64,000 bases of DNA from Mucilaginibacter sp. (GCA_028288125.1 JAQBOH010000193.1:7850-71849); one strand, 5' to 3'; positions 49,279-59,221 are shown, numbered from the stretch's first letter. Notes: a model not told the origin generated them from the letters alone. A program made the numbers and translations.

Positions 49279-52200
49279 TTAAAAGGTAACGTTAACGCCA
49301 AAATTATAAGTGGCATACAATGGGTAAACATTTGCATCAATACCGGCGTTGGTAGGCGATCCTCCAACTTCAGGACTAAACCCTTTGTATTTGAAGAAAT
49401 TAATCGGGTTTTGAGCATTAGCATACAGCCTGATCTTTTTCATCCCCCATTTGGATAACAAAGCACCGGGAAGCGTATAGCCTAGCTGTGCATTTCTGAC
49501 CCTGAAATACGCGCCGCTTTCAACATAGAAAGAATTTGGCGCCGCGTTTGCTGTTGAGCCAACGTTAACAGAGGGATAAGTATTGGATGTCCCTGCGCCG
49601 TGCCAGCGGTTGTTGTAGAAATCCTGCGTAAAGTTTTCATTGCCAAAACGAAAAGCGGTATTCGCGTTGTAGACGCTAACGCCGGCAACCCCCTGAAAAT
49701 CTAAAGCGAGGTCCCAATTTTTATAATTGAAACTGGTATTAATACCGTAAAAATATTTTGGATTCGGATTACCTAACGCTATGCGGTCCTTACCATCAAT
49801 AACACCATCATGGTTTTCGTCCACATACCTGAAGTCGCCTGGTTTGGCATTGGGTTGCGAAGACCCGGTAACTTCAGCAGCGGTTTGAAATATACCGGCA
49901 ACCCGGTAACCATAAAATTCGCCTATTGGCTGGCCCAGCACAGTTCGGGTGGCTAAGGCGCCATTGGCAATGCCATTGCCACCCGCATATATCGGATTAG
50001 CGCCTGTAATTACAGAGGTCACCTTATTATCATTGGTGGTGAAGTTACCACCGACAGAAAATCTAAAATCCTTACTCACAGTACTTCTCCATGTGGCTGC
50101 AAACTCAAATCCACGATTTTGAATGCTAGCCTGGTTGCCTACGATATTCCCGGAGGCTGTACCTACAGAAGCTAAAATGGGAATTGCGAATATGGCATTT
50201 TGTGTTTTGCGATTATAAAAATCAGCTTCGAAGGATAAGTGATCATTTAAAATACTTCCTTCAAGGCCAATATCAGTACTAACCGCCCGTTCAACCAGTA
50301 TGGTAGGCGGCACTACAGATACCACGCTGGCACCTGTATTTGGCGCTTGCGGGTTTCCGAAAATGGCGGTGTATATCGGGTCCTGGCTTACAACCGCTGT
50401 TGTTGGGTTAATTGGCACGCCCGCGTTGGCCACCTTTCCCCAGCTTCCGCGGAGTTTCAATGTGGAAAATATGGTTTGGTTTTTCATGAAATCCTCGTTT
50501 GAAATCACCCAGCCAGCACCTACCGAAGGAAGATAAGCCCATAAATTACTTCCGTAAAATACAGAGCTTGCATCAGCTCTTAATGATGCATTTAATAAGT
50601 ATTTATCTTTATAGGAGTAATTTACGCGGCCAAAATACGACAGATCCGTAGTCAGCGATCCGCCGTCGGTAACATTGCGCGTACCTATATCACCAAGAGA
50701 CAAATAAAGGTCTCCTTCGCTGCTGAATGGAACATTTGAAGCAGTACCATCAAAAGTGTAGCTTTTATACCGCTGTGCTGTTTCACCTAATAGCACGGTA
50801 AATCTATGATCCTTGATTTGGTCATCAAAGGTTAACGTATTTTCTGCAATCCAGTTACGTGTTTCCGCTCTGTGTACATCCAATATGCTGGTTGTATTTT
50901 GCTGTATAAGTGTCGCATGATAAACCGGTGTATAATTTCTCAACTCGGCCTGGCCAAAATCGCCGCCGAAACTTGTTTTAAATGTCAGATGCTTTAACAG
51001 CTTAATTTCGGCATAAGCGTTACCGGTAAACCTGTAATTTTTTGATGCCTGGTTAAAAAGGTCCAGGGTTGCCTCCGGATTGAAATTGTTACCGCCGCCT
51101 ACGTTGAAATCGCTCGGATCGCCGTAAGTGCCATCGGCATAACGAACCGGTACTACCGGCGCTGCTGCAAACAATTGATGAAATATACTACCTGGAATAT
51201 CCCGAGACTGACTAAATAAACCGCTGATCGCATATCCCATTTTCAGGTTCTTAACGGGCGTATAATCATTTACAAAACGTGCAGTATAGCGCTTGTAATT
51301 ATTGTTTTTCACATCGCCGTCCTGGTCCAGAAAACCCAGCGAGAAATTATATGTTGATTTTTCTTCACCGCCGCTAACTGATAGTGTATGATTGGTAACT
51401 AATGCATTACGTAATATTTGCCCGTACCAATCGGTTCCATTGCCATAGCTCGCCGGGTTACTAAACAACGGCGGAGCGCCGTTAAGCGTACTTAACTCAT
51501 TAATTAATGTAGCATACTGGGTACCGTTAGCCATTTTCACGGCGTTTGTTACTGATTGCCAGCCTGCATATCCGTTGTAGTTAACAGTAGGAGCTCCTTT
51601 TTTTCCACGTTTGGTTGAAATCAGTATTACGCCGTTTGCTGCCCGCAAACCATATATAGCGGTGCTTGACGCATCTTTTAAAATACTAACATTGTCTATA
51701 TCGTTCGGATTCAGAAAGCTAATATCATCATACCAAACCCCATCAACGACATATAATAAATTACTGTTGCCATAGATAGTCCCTAAACCACGGATGCTAA
51801 TCTGGGGTGATGAGCCTGGTCCGCCATTGTTAGTGATCTGAACACCGGCAACTTTACCCTGTAAAGCGCTTATAGGATTAACTGAGGCCTGCTTGGATAT
51901 TTCTTCGCCCTTTACCGTCGCGATGGAGCCGGTTACATCAACTTTACGCTGCGTACCGTAGCCGACTACAACTACCTGCGCCAATTCACTACTTTGCGCA
52001 ACCAATTTAACATCGATATTATTTCGACTATTGATTGCAACATCCTGTGCGGCATAGCCGATATAGGTAAATGTTAATGTAGCTGTAGATGGCGCGGCAA
52101 TTGAGTAGCCGCCATTTACATCGGTTTGTGTACCTTGTGTTGTCCCTTTTACTGATACACTTACACCTGTGAGGCTTTCGCCGGTAGTTGCATCAGTAAC

Positions 52201-52293
52201 GCGCCCCTTTACAGTAGTATTTTGTGCAAAGGCCGCGTTGATAAAAAGGAAACAGAATAGTACAAACCCTGAGATCGTAAAAATTCTCTTCAT
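49279..52293 (-). CDS. SusC family TonB-dependent transporter
   Basis: VVVVGYGTQ, LKDASSTAIYGLRAANGVILISTK and PGDFRYVDEN motifs; C-terminal Phe. Confidence 0.96.
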   Translation of the reverse strand: MKRIFTISGFVLFCFLFINAAFAQNTTVKGRVTDATTGESLTGVSVSVKGTTQGTQTDVNGGYSIAAPSTATLTFTYIGYAAQDVAINSRNNIDVKLVAQSSELAQVVVVGYGTQRKVDVTGSIATVKGEEISKQASVNPISALQGKVAGVQITNNGGPGSSPQISIRGLGTIYGNSNLLYVVDGVWYDDISFLNPNDIDNVSILKDASSTAIYGLRAANGVILISTKRGKKGAPTVNYNGYAGWQSVTNAVKMANGTQYATLINELSTLNGAPPLFSNPASYGNGTDWYGQILRNALVTNHTLSVSGGEEKSTYNFSLGFLDQDGDVKNNNYKRYTARFVNDYTPVKNLKMGYAISGLFSQSRDIPGSIFHQLFAAAPVVPVRYADGTYGDPSDFNVGGGNNFNPEATLDLFNQASKNYRFTGNAYAEIKLLKHLTFKTSFGGDFGQAELRNYTPVYHATLIQQNTTSILDVHRAETRNWIAENTLTFDDQIKDHRFTVLLGETAQRYKSYTFDGTASNVPFSSEGDLYLSLGDIGTRNVTDGGSLTTDLSYFGRVNYSYKDKYLLNASLRADASSVFYGSNLWAYLPSVGAGWVISNEDFMKNQTIFSTLKLRGSWGKVANAGVPINPTTAVVSQDPIYTAIFGNPQAPNTGASVVSVVPPTILVERAVSTDIGLEGSILNDHLSFEADFYNRKTQNAIFAIPILASVGTASGNIVGNQASIQNRGFEFAATWRSTVSKDFRFSVGGNFTTNDNKVTSVITGANPIYAGGNGIANGALATRTVLGQPIGEFYGYRVAGIFQTAAEVTGSSQPNAKPGDFRYVDENHDGVIDGKDRIALGNPNPKYFYGINTSFNYKNWDLALDFQGVAGVSVYNANTAFRFGNENFTQDFYNNRWHGAGTSNTYPSVNVGSTANAAPNSFYVESGAYFRVRNAQLGYTLPGALLSKWGMKKIRLYANAQNPINFFKYKGFSPEVGGSPTNAGIDANVYPLYATYNFGVNVTF

Positions 52294-52390
52294 AGTGGAT
52301 TAAATAAAATTTAGAAGTTGGTTTAAAAAAAATTGGTTTTTCGTAAGCCGAAAGTGCGGAGATAATGCAGTTTTAACAAATTATGTCACT

Positions 52391-52556
52391 CTACATTATT
52401 ACATCAACGAAGAATGACTTTCTCAAGTTATTTCGGGTATATTTGTAATACGTTGATTTACAAATGATTATATTGTGTTAGTGTACGCTATACATACTAC
52501 AGTTGAAAGTGGTAGACCAGTACGTAAAATATTTGTTGTGAGAGGTAATGATGTAG
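52391..52556. promoter_or_regulatory. Inverted 15-bp operator-like pair with an IHF-consensus site between them
   Basis: CTACATTATTACATC (52391-52405) vs GAGGTAATGATGTAG (52542-52556), 13/15 complementary; minus-strand AATCAACGTATTA at 52446-52458. Confidence 0.5.
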
Positions 52557-52558
52557 TA

Positions 52559-55450
52559 TTATAACTCGATGAGAAACTCCACAAGATTCTTGTCGTGTTC
52601 CAGGTTTAATTTTTTACGCAGCCTGTAGCGCCTTATCTCTACCCCGCGCAATGAAATATTCAGGAGAGATGCCATTTCCTTGCTGCTCATATTCATGCGC
52701 AGGTAGGCACAAAGCTTAAGGTCGTTCGGGACAAGGTCGGGGTGGCCTGATTTAAGTTTCTTAAAGAAATTTTCGTGCGCTTCGTTAAAGCTACTCTCAA
52801 AAATATTCCAATCGCGCTCATCACTCATTCCTTCATCAATCACTTTTTGTATGCGGCGCAACTGTTCGTCGGATAATGGTTTGCCCGAGCTATCTTTAAG
52901 ATGGGAAATTTCGTCGCTTATTTTTTGTAATAGCTCGTTTTTGTATACAATATTCATTGCTGAATTTGCCAGTTCGCGGCTTTTGCCTGCCAAATCGGCC
53001 TGCAGCTGTTCGTTTTTGATCTTGATGATCTGCTGTTCGTTGGTGATGGCTTCCTGCTTTAAAAATTCTTCCTTTTCGCGGTGGAGCTTTTCATGAATAA
53101 AATGCTGATGCCGCTGAAGCTTTAAATGATAATAGTGCCTGATCACGTAAAAGACCAAAACAATTAGCAGAACATAAAAAAACATCGCCAGTTTTGACAA
53201 GTACCAGGGCGGAAGGATTGTAAATGTAAAAACGGTTACAGTGGATATATTTTCGTCGTTTATCTGGGCCCTGACATTGAAACGGTAGGTTCCCTGTCCA
53301 AGGTTCGTAAATTCCTTCTGGCTTTGAGGCGTCCAGTCAGACCACTGCCTCGAATAGCCATCCAGATAATATTGAAACCTAACCCTGGCCTGCCTGTAAT
53401 AAGGCAATGAATAGGCTATCCGTATGTTATTTTGCGCATAAGGGATCTCGATATTATCCACATTGTTATTATTATCGCTGATCACGGTAACTTTATCGGT
53501 TATATTCTCTATCCTTCTGATCAGTACTTCGGGTAGTTTTGTTCTGCCCGGCATTAGCGCATCGTCATCATTAAGGATAACGAAACCGTCGTCAACACTG
53601 ATCAGGTAGATTGAATTATTAATAAGGTTTATATTTTCGTAATGCTGCACCATCTGGCCGTTGAGCATGTTAAACCGGTTTGAATCGATGGTCAATTTGC
53701 CCGGCACAGCCAGATCAGCTATTGCGACGCGGCCATGATTGATGAACCAATACTTTCTTCCGATTGCAGCTATGATTTTGTTGGAGGAAGCAAAGGTGCC
53801 CAGCTTTTTGTTTAATTGCTGGTACTTGTAAAACCGGTCGGTAATATCGTCATAAACACAAAAGCCTGAGTCGGAGGAAAAAACGATACGATTATCAAGA
53901 TTAAACACATTTACGTTATAACTGTCGGGCAAGCCAAAGCGTTTATCATAATATTTTACGGCTACCGCCCTTTTGAGATCGGCGCTAAGGGTAATTTTAT
54001 AAATTCCCTTATAAGCGTGGCCCACCCATATCTGCCCTTTGCTGTCTTGCTCCACATATCTGGAAGGTTCGCGGAAATTCGCAACCTTATGATCAAATAC
54101 CCAGTTGCCTGCTTTATCCTTACTATAAATTACTAAGCCGGTATAGGTGCCCTGGATCAATTGATTGGCATTCAGTTTTTTTACGGTCCACCCGCCATTA
54201 ACAGCAGATACCTTGGTTATAGCGCTGCCATTTACCTGGTAGGTTCCATCGTTATGGCCGCAAAGTAAGCGGCCGTCCAGGAGTGACAGATCCCAAACCT
54301 GGCCCTGTGAGCCGGGTATCAATTTAAAATTAAACGATTGCAGCAAGCGGTTGTTGCCTCCAGGCAGCCAATCGCTGTAAAACAAACCCTGGTTGGTGCC
54401 CAGGTATATTTTTTTGTTGAATATAATGCTTGAATAAACGGTTCCAAACTTGCCCGTCTTATCAAAATAGAAATATAACGGCGAATTTACCTCAATCCGG
54501 TCGATGCCGTTATCCAGGGCCGCCCAAAGATTCTGCTCGGGGTCGGTATATAAGCTTAATACAGTATTATTTTGTAAGCCACTTGACTTATTGATATGCT
54601 GTACTACACGACCGGTTGTGTCAATGATAACGATGCCGTTAAGTATGGTACCATAAGCGAAGTATTTACCGGGGATTACCGCTCCGTTATTAAGCTGGTA
54701 AGTTTTTAAAAAATCATTCGCCTCGTTGTTCCATGGGCGTATTTGTTTCCCATCATATAAAAATAACCCGTTTTTAGCCGTGCCGATCAGGTATTGGTTG
54801 AGATGAAATGGCAATATGGATAATACACCGCTGTTACCAAGGATGTTGCTTCCGGCAATATAATCTAAATGATTGTTTTTAAGCTCAAACAGGCCGGCGT
54901 TTACCTGCTCTACAAAATAACGCCTGCCGGTTTTAAATAAAAACAGGAACGGGTTATGCGCGCTTACAATACTTATTTTGCCCTTTGAATAAATAAATAT
55001 GGAACCGAATGACTGAAATATGATCCTGTCGCCATCTACATAAATTTTCCAGATCTCCTCGTTCGGAAGGCTGCCTTTTGGTACCAGGTGTACAAGCGAA
55101 TTGTATTTAAAAAAACCTTTATCATTGTTTTCCCAATAGCCAAATTCGCCAAACCCGCCTGCATACACCTTGCCTTTTCCATCGGCAGCTACCGACCGCA
55201 CGATCAATCCATTGGGCATGCGGTGAAGCTGCCAGTATTTGCCGTCGAACGCAAGCAGGCCCTCAGCGTTACCAAAATACATAATGCCATGCTCATCCCG
55301 GGTAACCGACCAATTCTGGTTGCCCGACTGGTATAAAGCTTTGGTGTAATTTTGCACATACGGCACACCAATGCTTTTGATATCGGCAGCCCTGATGCCC
55401 CATGCAGCTATAAAAAAAATACAGATAGATAATAGGACTGCTTTGCGCAT
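52559..55450 (-). CDS. Membrane-spanning one-component PUL regulator (propellers, Y_Y_Y domain, TM helix, LuxR-type HTH)
   Basis: Periplasmic propeller repeats; FQYYLDGY...FTNLGQGTYRF...ILPPWY; TM helix; C-terminal LCAYLRMNMSSKEMA...RYRLRKKL; no kinase motifs seen. Confidence 0.88.
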   Translation of the reverse strand: MRKAVLLSICIFFIAAWGIRAADIKSIGVPYVQNYTKALYQSGNQNWSVTRDEHGIMYFGNAEGLLAFDGKYWQLHRMPNGLIVRSVAADGKGKVYAGGFGEFGYWENNDKGFFKYNSLVHLVPKGSLPNEEIWKIYVDGDRIIFQSFGSIFIYSKGKISIVSAHNPFLFLFKTGRRYFVEQVNAGLFELKNNHLDYIAGSNILGNSGVLSILPFHLNQYLIGTAKNGLFLYDGKQIRPWNNEANDFLKTYQLNNGAVIPGKYFAYGTILNGIVIIDTTGRVVQHINKSSGLQNNTVLSLYTDPEQNLWAALDNGIDRIEVNSPLYFYFDKTGKFGTVYSSIIFNKKIYLGTNQGLFYSDWLPGGNNRLLQSFNFKLIPGSQGQVWDLSLLDGRLLCGHNDGTYQVNGSAITKVSAVNGGWTVKKLNANQLIQGTYTGLVIYSKDKAGNWVFDHKVANFREPSRYVEQDSKGQIWVGHAYKGIYKITLSADLKRAVAVKYYDKRFGLPDSYNVNVFNLDNRIVFSSDSGFCVYDDITDRFYKYQQLNKKLGTFASSNKIIAAIGRKYWFINHGRVAIADLAVPGKLTIDSNRFNMLNGQMVQHYENINLINNSIYLISVDDGFVILNDDDALMPGRTKLPEVLIRRIENITDKVTVISDNNNNVDNIEIPYAQNNIRIAYSLPYYRQARVRFQYYLDGYSRQWSDWTPQSQKEFTNLGQGTYRFNVRAQINDENISTVTVFTFTILPPWYLSKLAMFFYVLLIVLVFYVIRHYYHLKLQRHQHFIHEKLHREKEEFLKQEAITNEQQIIKIKNEQLQADLAGKSRELANSAMNIVYKNELLQKISDEISHLKDSSGKPLSDEQLRRIQKVIDEGMSDERDWNIFESSFNEAHENFFKKLKSGHPDLVPNDLKLCAYLRMNMSSKEMASLLNISLRGVEIRRYRLRKKLNLEHDKNLVEFLIEL

Positions 55451-55465
55451 GGCGGTTTATTACTT

Positions 55466-55549
55466 CTAAGACGCAAAGTATTGCGTCTTTACGAAAATAC
55501 GTTTTGAAATTGAATATATCATAGGAGACACGATGCATCGCGTCTCTCC
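55466..55549. repeat. Doublet of degenerate GTAG-type REP palindromes
   Basis: AAGACGCAA-AGTA-TTGCGTCTT and GAGACACGATGCATCGCGTCTC; same family as 13646-13673. Confidence 0.8.
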
Positions 55550-55554
55550 CGGGT

Positions 55555-56511
55555 TCATTCAGCCAATACCTTTGATTTTTTAGATGTATTTACCGGCTGG
55601 GGCACTTTTACATAGTATCCTGTTCCATCATACACACGTTTCCGCGGATGCGCTTTACACAGTTGGCTACAGCAGCCATCCATCGCAACGCCGCATTCGT
55701 CGCATTGGGTGAAATGTTCATTGCACTCGGGGTTGGCACAATTAATCATTTTATGCGTTGTTTGGCCGCAATTAAAGCAGGTTGATATCACAACCGGGTT
55801 TACACAGTTTACGTCAACAGACAGACGATTATCAATCACATAACATTTGCCTTCAAAGTCTTCGCCGCCTGCTTCTTTACCATATTTAATGATGCCGCCG
55901 TGCAGTTGGTACACGTCCGAGAAACCCTCATGTAAAAGCAAAGCAGAAGCCTTTTCGCACTTTATACCACCGGTACAATAGGTAATAACCTTTTTATCCT
56001 TGTATTGGGCGAGCTCATTTATTTTGGCGGGAAAGTCCCTGAAATTCTCGATATCAAGTGTTATCGCATTTTTAAATTTACCCAGGGAATGCTCGTAGTT
56101 GGAACGCACATCCAGTATCACTACGTCATCCGCATCCTTTAGTGCCAGAAATTCTTTTGGTTCAAGGTGTTTGCCGGTCTTTTCCTGGGGGTTGATGATA
56201 CCCGGATCGCGCAAACCCGAATGCACAATTTCAGACTTATAGCGGACATGCATTTTCACGAACGAAGGTGTGTCAACTTCGTCAATCTTAAAGTCAATTG
56301 AGGCAAATCGCGGATCGGCATGTACCGTATCCATATAGGTTTTACAGGCTTCAACAGTACCCGAAACGGTTCCGTTTAAACCTTCAGTAGCCACAATAAT
56401 GCGGCCGGCCAAATCCAGGTCCTTACAAAATTTTAAATGATCGGCAGCAAATTGCTCCGCATCGGCTATTGTCGAATAACAATAGTACAGTAGTGTATTA
56501 TATTTTGCCAT
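55555..56511 (-). CDS. trhO: tRNA uridine(34) hydroxylase TrhO / UPF0176 rhodanese
   Basis: GRIIVATEGLNGT, DVRSNYE, YCTGGIKCEK and LHGGIIKY motifs; Cys-rich C-terminus. Confidence 0.88.
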   Translation of the reverse strand: MAKYNTLLYYCYSTIADAEQFAADHLKFCKDLDLAGRIIVATEGLNGTVSGTVEACKTYMDTVHADPRFASIDFKIDEVDTPSFVKMHVRYKSEIVHSGLRDPGIINPQEKTGKHLEPKEFLALKDADDVVILDVRSNYEHSLGKFKNAITLDIENFRDFPAKINELAQYKDKKVITYCTGGIKCEKASALLLHEGFSDVYQLHGGIIKYGKEAGGEDFEGKCYVIDNRLSVDVNCVNPVVISTCFNCGQTTHKMINCANPECNEHFTQCDECGVAMDGCCSQLCKAHPRKRVYDGTGYYVKVPQPVNTSKKSKVLAE

Positions 56512-56611
56512 AACATCATTGATACTGCTGCAAACAGTGTTAAATGAAGCGCAAAGGTAGGCTTTTTGAGTGAAAGGTAAAAGTCGAAAGGTTTGAAGCC
56601 GGTAACGATCG

Positions 56612-59092
56612 TTATCTTATACCGTAATATACCTTGAGCCCGTTCAGATATTTTTTATCTCCCAGGAAGGATACGACATAATCTACCCCAAACACCAATC
56701 GTTTAATACCTATATAAAACTCGTAATAGTTGGGGTTGTTTTTTTCGCCAAGATAATTGGCGCCGATGATTTCCTCCAGTTTCAACCTGTTGAGCAATGG
56801 CACGTTGTCAAATACTACACCTGCAAAATTATGCTGGTAGTGCGCCTCAAGGAATGCCGAGTTGGTACTGAAAGTATAAAAAGGCAGAAATAAGAAGCTG
56901 CCATCATTTGATGGATCGATCGTGGTTCCCTGGTTGCCTAAAAAGTGATTATAATCCATAAAGTACAAGGTTTTCTTATTTAAAAAATCGCCAACCGTCA
57001 CTTTAAACGATGTGTAGCCAAACAAACCCAATGGAAAACGATTTTGCAAAATATCCAGCGATAGAAAGTCATAATTTACATCTGAGCCAAATGCGCCGTT
57101 AATGCCTTTTCGATAATTAATAGTTACCACAGGGTAAGGCGAAGGGACATAGAATTTTCCGACAGGCCGTGTGATGTATTGCTGATCGAATGTAAATTTT
57201 AACGACGTATTAAAGGTAAGCGCGTTATGATTCGGGAATAATAACGACCTGTCATCCGCCGGCGCGTTAAATGGCGCTAAAGGGTTATTGGATGTATAAT
57301 GTCTGTCGGTATAGGTAAAAATGTGATTATACGATACATTATATAACTGCGTCCGCCGGGCGTAATTTAAGTTAGCCCGCCATAAAATGCCGTTTGCAAG
57401 CTCGCGCTGGTAGCCCAATTCGCCATATTCCGAGCGGTAATATTTTACAAAGTTTTGCTCGCTTAACAGTGTACTTAACGTGTTAAAATAAAGCGAGCGT
57501 GTCTGTAAACTGTTTAAATCGAGCAGATCAGTACCAAAATCTACAAAAAACCTGCCGGCATGCTCCTGGTCGTAGGTATAGGCAGTATGCAAATTTGCAC
57601 TAAACAAACTGTTGCCAAATCCATACCGTAGCGTCGGCGAAATGCTGATTGATCTGTTGTCCGGATAGGTTCGGGAGTATAACGCGTTTAAATAAATGCC
57701 CCAGCCTTCAACAGTGTTATAATATACGGTTTGATAAAGCGGTAAAAAGTAAAGTGAATCGCTGCCCGTCCTGTTGGTAACCAGGTAGCCGTGTCTTATA
57801 TAATGCAAGGGCCTGAACCTGTTATTTATACGCTGTAATGAATCGAGATAGGCAGTGTAACCTTTTAAGCTCTCAATGCTATCCTTTGTCTTGAATTTCC
57901 TTTCTTCGGGATAGGTTAACGGAACCGGTCTTGTTGATTCCCAGTAAGCGCGGCTACGTATGTTTGCTTCAGTATCAACGTGCAAAATTTCGCCTGTAAA
58001 ATAGCCCTCTTTAAAAGGCGTATCAATTTTATAATTGTTGATTATTCCTAAATAGTACCCATTGTATTTAAACCCCTCTGTACTGCCAGCATAGTTATAT
58101 TGAAAAGACAAAGGCATCCACGTGGTTTTCCCGACAGGAATATATTGCTGACTAACCCTTAATGAATCGACGAAGTTAAGATTGTTTTCCTTTTTGGTTA
58201 ACAACAGGTCAACGCTGTATATACGCCATTCGCCTTCAATAATATAAATACTTCCTGTAAAAGCCACGGCCTTTACATATTTGGGAATTACCTGTATCTT
58301 GTCGATTACTTCGCCATCCTGAACGATAGTGCCCAGCAATTTATAGTTATAATAGGTAAATGCATGCGATGATACGGGCGAAACGAAGCCGTGACTGCTC
58401 AAACCTTCAATAGAAAATAAATCTTTATAAAAGTTAACCTGCAGGTCCGATGCTTTATTGTAGCCAAACGGCGGGTTTGACCCTGCTGTTTTTGATGCAA
58501 TAAATGCTTCTTTTACTTTGTCGGGCTGTTCAAAGCTGTACGTCGACAATGATTCCGACTGGTAGGATATCCCCTTTCCGCTGGTATCCAGGCTGAGTAC
58601 TTTCGCTATGCCTTTAGCCAGCAAGGTTTTTGGGGAACTCAATATCGTTTTTACTCCCTTAACATACTCGATGCATGAGTATGATTTTATCTCGTTCAAA
58701 TAGTATTCGCGCTTATTAATCACCTCGCGCATAATGCCCATTGCGGGGTCGGACGGATTTTTTTCCTTAGATTTAACCTTTTTCAGTTTAAATTCATCGT
58801 CCTCAAGCTTTACATTGTTTAAAACATCCTGGTTGTCTATCGTAACCTTTTCAATCCTTTCTTTATAACCAACAAAGCGATAGACGACATTGTAAATACC
58901 GGGACTCAATTTAAAAAGGTAGTCGCCATTCTCGTTGGCGGTAGAACCGTAGGTGGTATTCCTGATATAAACAGACGCAAAAGGAACCGGGCCATTTTTT
59001 TGATTGGTTATTGTGCCTGATAAAATATGTTGCTGTGCCGAAGAATAAAAAGTGGTTAGTGCGGCAAAAATAAATAGGGATAGGTTTTTCAT
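56612..59092 (-). CDS. Outer-membrane protein with a carboxypeptidase-regulatory-like domain (DUF5686-like)
   Basis: Signal peptide; GTIT...VPFASV...G.TANENG.Y...FVGY; VNFYK...FVSP; YYNTVEG; C-terminal beta strands. Confidence 0.75.
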   Translation of the reverse strand: MKNLSLFIFAALTTFYSSAQQHILSGTITNQKNGPVPFASVYIRNTTYGSTANENGDYLFKLSPGIYNVVYRFVGYKERIEKVTIDNQDVLNNVKLEDDEFKLKKVKSKEKNPSDPAMGIMREVINKREYYLNEIKSYSCIEYVKGVKTILSSPKTLLAKGIAKVLSLDTSGKGISYQSESLSTYSFEQPDKVKEAFIASKTAGSNPPFGYNKASDLQVNFYKDLFSIEGLSSHGFVSPVSSHAFTYYNYKLLGTIVQDGEVIDKIQVIPKYVKAVAFTGSIYIIEGEWRIYSVDLLLTKKENNLNFVDSLRVSQQYIPVGKTTWMPLSFQYNYAGSTEGFKYNGYYLGIINNYKIDTPFKEGYFTGEILHVDTEANIRSRAYWESTRPVPLTYPEERKFKTKDSIESLKGYTAYLDSLQRINNRFRPLHYIRHGYLVTNRTGSDSLYFLPLYQTVYYNTVEGWGIYLNALYSRTYPDNRSISISPTLRYGFGNSLFSANLHTAYTYDQEHAGRFFVDFGTDLLDLNSLQTRSLYFNTLSTLLSEQNFVKYYRSEYGELGYQRELANGILWRANLNYARRTQLYNVSYNHIFTYTDRHYTSNNPLAPFNAPADDRSLLFPNHNALTFNTSLKFTFDQQYITRPVGKFYVPSPYPVVTINYRKGINGAFGSDVNYDFLSLDILQNRFPLGLFGYTSFKVTVGDFLNKKTLYFMDYNHFLGNQGTTIDPSNDGSFLFLPFYTFSTNSAFLEAHYQHNFAGVVFDNVPLLNRLKLEEIIGANYLGEKNNPNYYEFYIGIKRLVFGVDYVVSFLGDKKYLNGLKVYYGIR

Positions 59093-59221
59093 GTGTAGTA
59101 TCCTTTAAATACAATTAAGGGGTAAATTTGTTTCGATTATCGGTTGCTTAAACTTTATCCTCTGTAAAACAGGCTTAAATCCGCGTTAATTCTTAATTTT
59201 ACAATCTTAAAAAATATATGA

